A DNA stretch of 64,000 bases from Macrostomum lignano (taxonomy: Eukaryota). Shown here in pieces: positions 1 through 12,028 of the stretch (within the stretch, counting starts at the first letter, position 1; each line of letters opens with the position of its first letter). The DNA is taken from assembly GCA_002269645.1 (NCBI GenBank), contig NIVC01000666.1, positions 124,001 to 188,000 of the forward strand. The letters are read 5' to 3'. The notes below the pieces were generated by a model that was not told the DNA's origin, did no database searches, and saw nothing but the letters and a program-made list of their open reading frames with translations. The position numbers and the translations under genes are program-made.

Positions 1-24
1 ATCGACGCCAACGGAATTTTGCAG
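1..24 (+). CDS. HSPA5: BiP/GRP78 (ER Hsp70), end of penultimate coding exon (partial)
   Basis: Translates IDANGILQ, a conserved Hsp70 substrate-binding-domain motif, followed by donor CAG|GTGAGT at 25. Phase 0 joins to the exon at 411. Confidence 0.9.
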
Positions 25-79
25 GTGAGTCTGAGGCTAATTTCTAATAAAAAACATCTTAAAGATTGAAGACTGAAAC

Positions 80-310
80 GTTTGGGGTTCGATTCTTGAC
101 TCACTCGAAACAATTTGTGTCCTTGAGAAAGACACTTTCACAGCTGTAAAATGGGTGCATTAGCTTGGGTTATCGAGGGTGTGGCGACCCCAGTCCTTGG
201 ACTGAACAGCCGTACGCAGCCTTCAGATGCGCCGAGTAATAGCTGCGGCTGAGCTGTCGGTTGCACATCTGGGCATTAGGGCAGGTGTAATCAAACATTT
301 GTTTATTATT
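80..310 (+). mobile_element. CORE-type SINE (5'-degenerate) in the last BiP intron
   Basis: Pol III B-box GGTTCGATTC at 86-95, then TGTGTCCTTGAGAAAGACACTTT (116-138) and CTGTAAAATGGG (144-155), matching both conserved blocks of the CORE-SINE/MIR core. Ends in a short TATTATTA tail. Boundaries approximate. Confidence 0.55.
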
Positions 311-410
311 AGATGTAGTGCATTAATCTCATCAATTAAGACCAGTCCTAGGCTGAGAGTGCCCAGACTCTCCGTCACTCCACCGCTCTCTCTCTCTCAA
401 ACAACTCCAG

Positions 411-851
411 GTGTCCGCCGAGGACAAAGGAGCCGGCAGCAAGAACAAGATCGTCATCAACAAAGACCAAAATCGGCTCAACCAGGACGAGATCGAGAAG
501 ATGATCAAAGACGCGGACACCTACGCTGAGCAGGACAAGCTGGTGAAGGAGCGAGTCGAGGCCAAGAACGAGCTCGAGTCGTACGCCTACTCGATGAAGA
601 CTCAGATGGCGGACAAGGAGAAGCTGGGCGGCAAGCTGACAGCGGATGACAAGTCAAAGATGGAGACGGCGGTTCAGTCCGCCATCGACTGGCTGGACAA
701 GAACCAGCAGGCCGACACCGAGGCTCTGAAGGCGAAGAAGAAGGAGCTGGAGGAGGTGGTGCAGCCCATTGTCAGTAAACTGTACCAGAATCAGCAGCAA
801 CAGCAGCAACAGCAACCAGGCGGTGAGAAAGACAATAAAGACGAACTTTGA
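411..851 (+). CDS. HSPA5: BiP/GRP78 last coding exon (lid domain, polyQ, C-terminal KDEL)
   Basis: Acceptor ctccag at 405-410. Translates [23 protein letters not shown]...[11 protein letters not shown]...QPIVSKLY...DNKDEL*. The ER-retention KDEL identifies BiP rather than cytosolic Hsp70. Confidence 0.96.
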   Translation: MSAEDKGAGSKNKIVINKDQNRLNQDEIEKMIKDADTYAEQDKLVKERVEAKNELESYAYSMKTQMADKEKLGGKLTADDKSKMETAVQSAIDWLDKNQQADTEALKAKKKELEEVVQPIVSKLYQNQQQQQQQQPGGEKDNKDEL

Positions 852-1143
852 GAACATTTTTAGCAGCAATTTTTCTAGGCACAAATTCCAACTTTTTCAG
901 TAATAGTCCAACTTGATGATTGCTTTTTCTACTGTTTGTCTTGCAACTCTTCTGCGCTGACTCATACTGTTGCATGTTGTTTTCATTGCACTGTTTTCAT
1001 CATGGTGAGAGCCACTCTGGCAGTATTTAATTTTATCCAGACTTGAGTAAAATGTAAAAATAATATTTTTTATACTTTCTCCGTGTGTCGCATCTCAGTT
1101 GTTTGTCAGTTGTAAAAATTGTTTAAAAATATGGTTTTACCAA

Positions 1144-1149
1144 AATAAA
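1144..1149 (+). terminator. Candidate polyadenylation signal for BiP
   Basis: AATAAA about 290 nt after the stop codon, in an AT-rich 3' region. Confidence 0.35.
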
Positions 1150-1246
1150 TAATTCAACTCTGAAGCTATTCATACTACTTACAAGTATTGTTGTTTACTT
1201 GTAATGACTATCGAATTTTGAAGATATGGAATGAGCTGAGATGGAA

Positions 1247-1599
1247 GGGGGGCCATACCCTAGTGGTCAAGCGCGGCGCTCTGATGTGCCAGCGGCCCAG
1301 GCTCGATTCCCAAGTGCAGTCACATTAATTTGGGCCTAAATTAGAATCTCGGCTTGGCTCTGCTCGTGAAATTAACGGCCTTGAGGGCCAACCCCTAATG
1401 TGCCCAACGATAAATAAAGTTAGGGCCGCTGGACACTCCTGTGTGAGTGTGTGCCTGTGCGTATGACTGCGTACGTATCCGCGCGCTTGTTTGCCTGCTC
1501 AGGGGAGTCGGCGGAATGGGCAGCAATGCCTCTCACCGGTTTTGTGCCTATGTCGCTGAGAGGGTGCAAACAACCCCTGCCTCTGCATCTCATAAAAAT
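1247..1599 (+). mobile_element. tRNA-derived SINE-like element
   Basis: A-box-like TAGTGGTCAAG (1261-1271) and B-box-like GGCTCGATTCC (1300-1310) at tRNA spacing, an imperfect anticodon-like stem GGCGC/GTGCC, and a ~280-bp body running into an (ATGAG/ATGGG)n tail. Possible TSD ATGAG(C/A)TGAGATGG at 1231 and 1605. Confidence 0.5.
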
Positions 1600-2180
1600 A
1601 TGAGATGAGATGAGATGGGATGAAATGGGATTGCATGAGATGAGATGGGATGGGATGGGATGGGATGGGATGGGATGGGATGGGATGGGATGGGATGGGA
1701 TGGGATGGGATGGGATGGGATGGGATGGGATGGGATTGGACTGGATGGGATGGGATGGGATGGGATGGGATGGGATGGGATGGGATTGGATGGGATTGGA
1801 TGGGATGGGATGGGATTGGATGGGATGGGATGGGATTGGATGGGATGGGATGGGATTGGATGGGATTGGATGGGATTGGATGGGATGGGATGGGATGGGA
1901 TGGGATTGGATTGGATGGGATGGGATGAGATGGGATGGGATGGGATGGGATGGGATGGGATTGGATGGGATTGGATGGGATGGGATGGGATGGGATGGGA
2001 TTGGATGGGATTGGATGGGATGGGATGGGATGGGATGGGATTGGATGGGATGGGATGGGATGGGATGGGATGGGATGGGATGGGATGGGATGGGATGGGA
2101 TGGGATTGGATGGGATGGGATGGGATGGGATGGGATGGGATGGGATGAGATGGGATGGATGCGATGAGATAAGATGAGAT
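1600..2180. repeat. (GATGG)n pentanucleotide microsatellite
   Basis: More than 100 GGGAT units with GGATT and GAGAT variants. Confidence 0.97.
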
Positions 2181-2857
2181 TCGAGACAGTAGATTTAAAG
2201 AAGAGGTTTTGAACTTCAGAGTTTTGATCATGCACAGGTTAGAATTACTGCCATCGAGTTCCGCAGACAGAATTCAGAATACGGAGTTCATTGAGTTCCT
2301 TCACAGCTAGCTACAAAGCCAAAATCTAAGCGTACTACTTCTACTAAGCTATGAGTAGTGAGTAAACGAGTCTTCAACTCTGATAAGCAGCTCAGCTGGA
2401 AGATTTTGTCCAGAGATTATGGGCGGCCTGCTCGATCGGCTGTCTTGAGTCGCAATTTTTTTGATGCACGGTTCAGCAGGTAGATGGATGTTCGAATCCG
2501 AGCAGTCTTGCCCGAGCTGAAGCTGACTGAAGTCGTGACTGAATTCCCAGCTCAGTGCTGAGTAGCCAAGCGAAAAGATGCCGATCGGGGCCGGGCGCAG
2601 TTTTCATCAGTTTGGATTAAACAAAAAACTCTGAATTAGTGGAAGATCAAAGATGGAGGCGGTTAAGGAAGGATTTCATTTTAACAAAAGAAGCAAAGGG
2701 AAATTTGATCTTTGATATTTTCTGTTCAATTTGCTTCAGCATCTATCAAGGATTAATTCCTTTCCACTTCTGCAGCCTGAGCAGTGTCTGTGTTGCACTC
2801 AGGCGTGCTCAAACTGCACCGATATTCTATCTGGAACCTTACCGTGTTTTTAAGTGA

Positions 2858-3515
2858 GGAGTAGAGTAGAGAAAGAGAATGGAGAGTAGAGTAGACTGGA
2901 GAAAGAGAATGGAGAGTAGAGTAGAGTAGAGAAAGAGAATGGAGAGTAGAGTAGAGTAGAGAAAGAGAATGGAGAGTAAAGTGGAGTAGAGAAAGAGAAT
3001 GGAGAGTAGAGTAGAGAAAGAGAATAGAGAGTAGAGTAGAGTAGAGAAAGAGAATGGAGAGTAGAGTAGAGAAAGAGAATAGAGAGTAGAGTAGAGTAGA
3101 GAAAGAGAATGGAGAGTAGAGTAGATTAGAGAAAGAGAATGGAGAGTAGAGTAGAGAAAGAGAATGGAGAGTAGAGTAGACTGGAGAAAGAGAATGGAGA
3201 GTAGAGTAGAGAAAGAGAATGGAGAGTAGAGTAGAGAAGAGAATGGAGAGTAAAGTGGAGTAGAGAAAGAGAATGGAGAGTAGAGTAGAGAAAGAGAATG
3301 GAGAGTAGAGTAGAGAAAGAGAATGGAGAGTAGAGTAGAGAAGAGAATGGAGAGTAGAGTAGAGAAAGGGAATGGAGAGTAGAGTAGAGAAAGAGAATGG
3401 AGAGTAGAGTAGAGAAGAGAATGGAGAGTAAAGTGGAGTAGAGAAAGAGAATAGAGAGTAGAGTAGATTAGAGAAAGAGAATGGAGAGTAGAGTAGAGAA
3501 GGAGAATAGAGAGTA
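2858..3515. repeat. Purine-rich minisatellite (GGAGAGTAGAGTAGAGAAAGAGAAT)n
   Basis: Direct inspection; units of 25-30 bp. Confidence 0.95.
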
Positions 3516-4159
3516 AGAGTCCACTGACCACTCCCGTGCAGAGCAGACGGTAGCAAAAGTTTCCTCACGCAGGCTTTCACGAGCTACATGCTATTCAGAA
3601 TCGGAAATTGGAAACATTGCGAGCTCACACTTGTGGGAAAGTCCCTGAGCAGCATGCAGTTACCATTCTGCGCAGTGACAAAATAAATCAACATTAATTT
3701 TCATCTGTGGAAGAGGCCGCACAAATTTCGAACAACTGCAGTCAAGAAAAACAGAAACAAGTTAAAAATTATGAAACTCATTGAAATGCAAATTCGAAAC
3801 TCGGTAGGGCTAGGGGCATCGTGTAGCAAAAAATTTAATTTCAACTTTTGAGGTGGGTTTCATGCTAACCCATTCGGACCTGCACCGCTCAACGGAATTA
3901 AACTAAAAGAAGCAACCGAAAAACTGCTTATACAACAATTTTTTAAACGATTTTGTTGGAACAGAAAAAAATGGGTTTTTCTGCTTTTGCTTTGATACAG
4001 TGAAACTGGTGCCTCACTTGGCCTACAGTCAGTGATGCGTGAGAAGTAGAGAACTCCAGTTGTAGTTTTTGGTTGCCTACGCAACGAATGTCCGAAGTCT
4101 TGTTTGCACAGAATGCGAACTCTTTGATACTGAAGGAAAAGACATGATGTGCAGGAAAT

Positions 4160-4511
4160 GCAGACAGACAGACAGACAGACGGTCAGACAGGCAGACAGA
4201 CAGACAGACAGACACACAGACAGACACACAGACAGACAGACAGACACACAGACAGACAGACAGACACACAGACAGACAGGCAGACAGACACACAGACAGA
4301 CACACAGACAGACACACAGACAGACAGGCAGGCAGACAGACACACAGACAGACAGGCAGGCAGACAGACACACAGACAGACAGGCAGGCAGACAGACACA
4401 CAGACAGACAGGCAGACAGACACACAGACAGACAGACAGACAGGCAGACAGACACAGAGACAGGCAGACAGACACACAGACAGACAGGCAGGCAGACAGA
4501 CACACAGACAC

Positions 4512-4542
<31 letters not shown>

Positions 4543-4591
4543 GGCAGACAGACACACAGACAGACAGGCAGGCAGACAGACACACAGACAC

Positions 4592-4630
<39 letters not shown>

Positions 4631-4703
4631 CACAGACAGACACACAGACAGACAGGCAGACAGACAGACAGACAGACACACAGACAGACAGACAGACAGA
4701 CAC

Positions 4704-4738
<35 letters not shown>

Positions 4739-4871
4739 CACAGACAGACAGACAGACACACAGACAGACAGGCAGACAGACAGACACACAGACAGACACA
4801 CAGACAGACAGGCAGACAGACAGACAGACAGACACACAGACAGACAGACAGACACACAGACAGACAGACAC

Positions 4872-4922
<51 letters not shown>

Positions 4923-5047
4923 CACAGACACACAGACAGACAGACACACAGACAGACAGACAGACACACAGACAGACAGACAGACACACAGACAGACAGA
5001 CAGACACACAGACAGACAGACAGACACACAGACAGACAGACAGACAC

Positions 5048-5082
<35 letters not shown>

Positions 5083-5387
5083 CACAGACAGACACACAGA
5101 CAGACAGGCAGGCAGACAGACACACAGACAGACAGGCAGGCAGACAGACACACAGACAGACAGGCAGGCAGACAGACACACAGACAGACAGGCAGACAGA
5201 CACACAGACAGACAGACAGACAGACAGGCAGACAGACAGACAGACACAGAGACAGGCAGACAGACACACAGACAGACAGGCAGGCAGACAGACACACAGA
5301 CACACAGACACACAGACAGACAGACAGACAGACAGACACACAGACAGACACACAGACAGACAGGCAGACAGACAGACAGACAGACAC

Positions 5388-5422
<35 letters not shown>

Positions 5423-5469
5423 CACAGACAGACAGACACACAGACAGACAGACACACAGACAGACAGGC
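4160..5469. repeat. (CAGA)n microsatellite with CACA/GGCA variants
   Basis: Direct inspection; ends about 200 bp upstream of the dachshund ATG. Confidence 0.97.
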
Positions 5470-5554
5470 ATTGCTAAAATCGCAGAGCAGGGGATAGCGC
5501 GATTGAATTCGCTGAGTTTCTCGCCTTCTCCCGAATCGAGAAGCGAGAACTCCT

Positions 5555-5600
5555 TGCTGGCCAATGAGGGCGCTCAGACTGCGGGGAGGGCGGCAGCCAA
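5555..5600 (+). promoter_or_regulatory. Candidate dachshund proximal promoter (CCAAT box plus GC box)
   Basis: GGCCAATGAG at 5559-5568 and GGGGAGGGCGG at 5583-5593, 90-120 bp upstream of ATG 5683. Motif match only. Confidence 0.35.
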
Positions 5601-5682
5601 GGCGGGACTGACTGGCTGACGAGGAGGTGGCTCCAACTCCTCCCTCAGAGACAGAGAAACAGAGAGACAGACAGACAGACAG

Positions 5683-6248
5683 ATGTGGATTCCGTCTCCT
5701 CTCTTGTCTCCCCACCCTCCCCACGGCAGGGAGCTAAAAACTGGGAGTGCCGCTGCAGCCGCCCCGCCTCCCGCTCGCAACCAACATTTTCCCAGAGTGA
5801 GTCCGATATCTCTTCATCCTCAGCTTCCCTCTCTGTCGTCAATCGTCATGGACTCGCCCAGCTTGCTGACCGGCTCGCCCTCCAGCGGGCAGCACCAGCC
5901 GTCGCTGAAGCCGACCTACAACACCTCCGTGCCGGTGCCGAACATCCCGGAGAACAACCAAGTGAAGCTGCTGGACTATCGCGGAGCCAAGATTGCCGCG
6001 TTCTGCGTGGAGTCTCGCGATTTGATCTGCCTGCCGCAGGCTTTCGAGCTGTTTCTCAAGCACCTGGTCGGCGGACTGCACACGGTGTACACCAAGCTGA
6101 AGCGCCTGGAGATCTGCCCAGTTGTGTGCAATGTTGAGCAAGTGAGAATTCTGCGCGGCCTCGGCGCCATTCAACCCGGGGTCAATCGGTGCAAACTGAT
6201 CGCGCCCGATGAGTTCGACGTGCTGTATGAGGACTGCACGAATTCCAG
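5683..6248 (+). CDS. dac: Dachshund exon 1 (DachBox-N / SKI-SNO-DAC domain)
   Basis: RGAKIAAF...[60 protein letters not shown] is near-identical to Dach DD1. Donor AG|GTGAGG at 6249, phase 2. Start could be ATG 5683 or 5848. Confidence 0.96.
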
Positions 6249-6271
6249 GTGAGGCGACCGGGCTGTCCAGG

Positions 6272-6860
6272 GGGGGTGTGGGGTTCTGTTGGGTGTCAGG
6301 GTAGGCTGTGGGGTTCTGTGGGGTATCAGGGTAGGCTGTGGGGTTCTGTGGGGTGTCAGGGTAGGCTGTGGGGTTCTGTGGGGTGTCAGGGTAGGCTGTG
6401 GGGTTCTGTGGGGTGTCAGGGTAGGCTGTGGGGTTCTGTGGGGTATCAGGGTAGGCTGTGGGGTTCTGTGGGGTGTCAGGGTAGGCTGTGGGGTTCTGTG
6501 GGGTATCAGGGTAGGCTGTGGGGTTCTGTGGGGTGTCAGGGTAGGGTGTGGGGTTCTATGGGGTGTCAGGGTAGGGTGTGGGGTTCTGTGGGGTGTCAGG
6601 GTAGGCTGTGGGGTTCTGTGGGGTGTCAGGGTAGGCTGTGGGGTTCTGTGGGGTGTCAGGGTAGGCTGTGGGGTTCTGTGGGGTGTCAGGGTAGGCTGTG
6701 GGGTTCTATGGGGTGTCAGGGTAGGGTGTGGGGTTCTATGGGGTGTCAGGGTAGGGTGTGGGGTTCTATGGGGTGTCAGGGTAGGGTGTGGGGTTCTGTG
6801 GGGTGTCAGGGTAGGGTGTGGGGTTCTATGGGGTGTCAGGGTAGGGTGTGGGGTTCTGTA
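6272..6860. repeat. 30-bp G-rich minisatellite (GGGGTGTCAGGGTAGGCTGTGGGGTTCTGT)n
   Basis: About 19 near-identical units starting ~25 nt after the dach exon 1 donor. Confidence 0.97.
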
Positions 6861-7907
6861 TGCCCATACAGTCGGCAAACGCTGGTACCTGTGTTGAGCA
6901 AACTATTAGTCAGGTGTCGCCCCATAGGCATCTGAACCACGAGTTCCGCGTCTGTCCCATGATCTCAATTAAAAGTGAGAGCCCCAACTGATTCAAATTA
7001 TGGACAAAAAGTAAAGCGACGCACCGGAGCAAAAATCTGCGATCCAAGCGGATTCACCGAGATTCATTCAATTCACGGAATGATTGATTTTAGCTGAAAC
7101 CCCCAGCCCCACCTGAATCATCATCATCTTGATGCCTCCGACGTGTTGAGCTTCTCTAAATTTCTTTCAAGTTTTTGTTTAGGGATTTTGCCTAACAATC
7201 CATTACAGAGAGTGGCTCACTGATTCAGAGTTTAATCCAGAAAAGTGAGGATGCGCATTGAGGATCAGGTGGCTCACGGAGCGTGTCGCCAGGGTTCTGG
7301 CAAACCTGTTCCAGGAATTATCAACCCCTGCCAATCTTTGCCGAGCTGTTCAATCATTGCAAATCTTCTTTTTTATCTTCGGTGCCGATCGTTCAAAGAA
7401 ATGGATCGGGCCGGGCTTACAGAGGATTTTTAATACCTTGAGACTGGCCTGCTTTTTAATAGCAATTTTAATCCTCTACCTTAAATCGAGCCGAGCCTTA
7501 GCTGGGGGAATTATCCATTTTTTTGCAATCCCAACTTGGCTACTGGAGTTTGCAGTGGGGAATCTGATCCAACTGTCTGCAGCTGTCTGTAATTACTCCA
7601 CAATTTGTTGCCACAATTTGATGTCGGAGGCTGGCTCTGAGATCCCGTATCCGAGCAAAGGGCCTGCTTGTGAGGACAGGAAATCACATGCCTATATTTT
7701 TGCAGCCGTCTGTTCCGCGACTTTCTCTCTGCTCAAAGGGCTCAAAACACAATCAAGAAAATTTCCTGAATCACATCAGAAGCAAAAAAATAAGGCGGCG
7801 AAAAGGTGACTGTCTTTTGCGCCCCTCATCCTCATTTCCTGAGTTCCCGGGAAAGCAAAAAGATTGCCATTGTAGCGAATGGGTATCACATTTGGTCTGA
7901 TGATTGG

Positions 7908-8871
7908 ATCCATGACTGAATCTATGACTGAATCTGACTGAATCTATGACCGAATCTATGACTGAATCTATGACTGAATCTATGACTGAATCTATGACTG
8001 AATCCATGACTGAATCTATGACTGAATCTATGACTGAATCTGACTGAATCTATGACTGAATCTGACTGAATCTATGACCGAATCTATGACTGAATCCATG
8101 ACTGAATCTATGACTGAATCTATGACTGAATCTATGACTGAATCTATGACTGAATCTGACTGAATCTATGACCGAATCTATGACTGAATCCATGACTGAA
8201 TCTATGACTGAATCTGACTGAATCTATGACCGAATCTATGACTGAATCTATGACTGAATCTATGACTGAATCTATGACTGAATCCATGACTGAATCTATG
8301 ACTGAATCCATGACTGAATCTATGACTGAATCTATGACTGAATCTATGACTGAATTTATGACTGAATCTATGACTGAATCCATGACTGAATCTATGACTG
8401 AATCTATTACTGAATCTATGACTGAATCTGACTGAATCTATGACCGAATCTATGACTGAATCTATGACTGAATCTATGACTGAATCTGACTGAATCTATG
8501 ACCGAATCTATGACTGAATCCATGACTGAATCTATGACTGAATCTATGACTGAATCTGACTGAATCTATGACCGAATCTATGACTGAATCCATGACTGAA
8601 TCTATGACTGAATCTATGACCGAATCTATGACTGAATCCATGACTGAATCCATGACTGAATCTATGACTGAATCTATGACTGAATCTATGACCGAATCTA
8701 TGACTGAATCTATGACTGAATCTATGACTGAATCTATGACTGAATCTATGACTGAATCTATGACTGAATCCATGACTGAATCTATGACTGAATCCATGAC
8801 TGAATCTATGACTGAATCCATGACTGAATCTATGACTGAATCTATGACTAAATCTATGACTAAATCTATGA
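7908..8871. repeat. 12-bp minisatellite (ATGACTGAATCT)n
   Basis: Direct inspection; recurrent 10-bp deletion units and ACC/CC variants. Confidence 0.97.
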
Positions 8872-9017
8872 ATGAGTCCATTACCAGATATATGATCGGA
8901 TCTGTATGAATAGATCTAATGACCGGATCTAAGATTTAACCGATGAATTTATGATTTATTCTATAGGATTGGAACTATGGCGTGTTTATTTAGATTAGTT
9001 GCTTCAACTATTCTTGT

Positions 9018-9560
9018 TATGTGATTAGATATGTGATTAGATATGTGATTAGATATGTGATTAGATATATGAATAGATATGTGATTAGATATGTGATTAG
9101 ATATGTGATTAGATATATGATTAGATATATGATTAGATATGTGATTAGATATGTGATTAGATATATGAATAGATGTGTGATTAGATATGTGATTAGATAT
9201 GCGATTAGATATGTGATTAGGTATGTGATTAGATATGTGATTAGATATATGAATAGATGTGTGATTAGATATGTGATTAGATATATGAATAGATGTGTGA
9301 TTAGATATGTGATTAGATATGTGATTAGATATGTGATTAGATGTGTGATTAGATATATGATTAGATATGTGATTAGATATATGAATAGATGTGTGATTAG
9401 ATATGTGATTAGATATGTGATTAGATATGTGATTAGATATGTGATTAGATATGTGATTAGATATGTGATTAGATATGTGATTAGATATGTGATTAGATAT
9501 GTGATTAGATGGGTGATTAGATATGTGATTAGATATGTGATTTAGATGGGTGATTAGATG
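9018..9560. repeat. 12-bp minisatellite (GTGATTAGATAT)n
   Basis: Direct inspection. Confidence 0.97.
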
Positions 9561-11828
9561 GCCCCAGCCGGAGCAGCAGGTTCAAGCGCTGCCTTGCGTG
9601 GGTGCCAGTGTGTATTTTCTGTCATTCTGAGCAGAAATGTTTAACTTCCACAGTGCCGCCAGGCTCTCTGGTTAAATACTGAAGCGTATACAAGAACAAA
9701 CAGCTTTCATAAGCACCCAAAGCCCAAGTCTCAATAGCACTCAGCATTTAACTCATCTGTCACGAGGCCAGAAACTTGGCAATTCTGTTTGCTTAACATT
9801 GGTTCCGCCGAAATAAATTCTTTAAAAGAGAGCGGAGAGAGGGGGGCTTGTACCACTTTTTGGAAATAATTTCTGTCTGGTGCTGTTGAGCCGCAGTTTA
9901 AAAGGCGAGGGGGGTTGAAAATCAGCAAGCGAAAGCAAGATTTGTTTGAGCCGGGTGGGGAGGGGGTGAGCAGTGGATATCGCAGCTCCGCCAGCTTCGT
10001 TTTGATTCCTCATATTTGCACGTTGGTTTCGGCCAAATGGAAACATGCTTTGCTATCAATATTTGATCGCCAAGTGGCTTTTGACAGGTGTAGACTGGAC
10101 TGGAAAGGAGAGAGAGAGCTGAAGATAGAATTGAGTAGAAATAGAGACACGAAGAGCTGGCCTGATGGGGCGACTCGTCCTCGAGTAAACAGTCCCGCAT
10201 CTCCATGCCGCACTATCATAGGCAAATGTAAAGATCGATGATCTGAGATATCTCAAAGTTTTTTATTATTCTATCAAATCTGCAAAATTGGCATTTATGA
10301 AAGTTTCAATGCTGTCATTCATGAATTGATACTCGGGTCTCAAAGCAGACGCAGAGCCAGAGCTCAGATCTTATCTCGCAATGATCAAATAACTCATGTT
10401 CGACTTGAAAAAAAACAAGACCTGTGCATCTCTGTGTAACATGCAAGCAGAAGGCTCGATGTTGGGGCATCGAGATTCTGACATTTTATTCTATTATTTA
10501 TATTATATTTTCAAAGCTTTTACAGCCTGTATGAAGTTGTCTCTCCCCCGAAGGACAAGGGTGGAAAAAGCAGAAAAAAGCCAGATTGACAAGTGCCGCA
10601 AAGAAGCACGCAAGAGACCCGGCCCCCCAAAACCAAGAAACCCTGAAGTCTCCGGCGTCTCCGGAAAGGGGGCGACGCCCCGCTCCGATCTTAAATAGAA
10701 TTTTCGACCCACTTCAGTTACTTGAGCTTATGGTCCCCCCCAAGCTCATAAATCCCTCACGGCCTGAGCTGTCTTGCCGGGTTTACAAACTAAAATAAAG
10801 CTTCCAAGCACATCTGTTCCAGTCTCTTCACTCCTTGTGCAAATCAGAAAAAATGGGAAAAGAAGGAATTTAGACTGTCGGCCTTTCCGATAGCCTCTTC
10901 GCACGGAATGTCTTCGAGGTGGGAAGAAAGAAGCAGGGAACTGAAAAGAAGCACAAGCATGCTCAAAGATTAGCGGGTTCGCAGGACCCCCTCTCGCAAT
11001 GATTTTAACATCTAGCATTGCTTTGATGAATTAAATCGGCGATGGGGGCAAACAGATTAACAAATGGCCTTTCAAAGATTTATTTGCGAATGCTGTGAGT
11101 CTTCTTGTTAATCAGTTGAATTTCTTTTTACAAAAGAAGTTGGCAAACTCAGTTGAGTAAGTTAAGACAGCAAAAACAACAGAATGGTTGGTAAGGGGAT
11201 TATTTTCTGAGCGTGACTGAGCCCAGGAGAGGCCAGTGGGGAACGGAGATCCCTGGGAACTCTGCACCTGGGACGGAGAGCCTGGCCTGCTCAGCACAGA
11301 TGAAATGAAAGAGAATCGGGTCACACCAGTCAGTGTAGTTGTTGGATTTGGTGCAAGTTGAGCCAATTGCGAGTCGAGCAATCAAAGCGATGAATTCTTT
11401 GCTTTCCTGTTCGCTTTCACCTCTTTCTCCGTCTCTTCTTCTGCCCCTCGTCTCAATCCTAATTCTCAGCCGCCTCTTGCTTTTTTCTGTTCATCTTTAC
11501 TTTAGCACTTGATGCAACTGGGGCTTTATAGCCTCATAACCCATTGGAAATGTGCGTCGGGATCACTGTGCACTTATGCCTGAGAGAAGGGCATAAGGGT
11601 GTACACAGGGCAGGGGGAATTACTATTTAAAACATTTTAAACATCTAGTCCAGTCACGTGATCTGCTTACTAGAATGAGTCACACTGATGTACTTTCGCT
11701 TCCCAGCCCCTATCTTGTCTCTGATTGGCTGGCGACCAGGGGGACCCGGCTTGGGGTGTTAGAAAGCAGATCTATTTTTAGAACAGGCCTCACGCGCCAC
11801 CCTCAAACCCAACCGTTTATAATTGCAG

Positions 11829-12028
11829 CGCCCGCCCGGGCCGGCCGCCGAAGCGTTCCATGACCATGTCGCCGGATTTCCCGCCCATGCTGAGCGGCGG
11901 CGGTGGCGGCGGTGGCGGTGGCGGCGGCGAGGTGCTGAAGCGAACTCGCTTTGACAATCCGGCCGCTGCGGCTGCGGCTGCTGCTGCTGCTGCGGCTGCG
12001 TCTTTGAAGTTTCCGCCCAACTCAACAA
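11829..12028 (+). CDS. dac: Dachshund exon 2 (RPGRPPKR, polyG, polyA)
   Basis: Acceptor ttgcag. AG+C completes Ser, giving CTNSSARPGRPPKRS, the conserved end of DD1. Donor A|GTGAGC at 12029, phase 1. Confidence 0.92.

Noticed and set aside
25-410. Intronic snoRNA (as in some Hsp70 genes)
   Set aside because: No RTGATGA C-box with a terminal stem and no clear H/ACA hairpin pair; the SINE-like motifs explain the sequence.
1247-1325. Functional tRNA gene
   Set aside because: The anticodon loop is 6 nt, the acceptor stem does not pair, the B-box is imperfect and there is no oligo-T terminator. It is better explained as a SINE head.
2488-2502. Perfect B-box GTTCGAATCC
   Set aside because: There is no A-box at suitable spacing and no tRNA fold; probably chance or a decayed SINE.
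3943-5724. Very long ORFs (400-590 aa) in several frames, also at 27712-31297, 45443-46160 and 51856-52680
   Set aside because: These are translations of stop-free micro- and minisatellites (VCLS, TDRQ, SLSH...), open on both strands, with no domain content or splice support.
7258-7809. 183-aa non-repetitive ORF in dach intron 1
   Set aside because: It lacks an ATG start, shows no recognisable domain, and lacks the GC-rich codon usage and splice signals of the real exons.
10396-10698. RPGPPKPR-containing ORF as candidate dach exon 2
   Set aside because: The true conserved RPGRPPKR with a phase-matched acceptor is at 11829.
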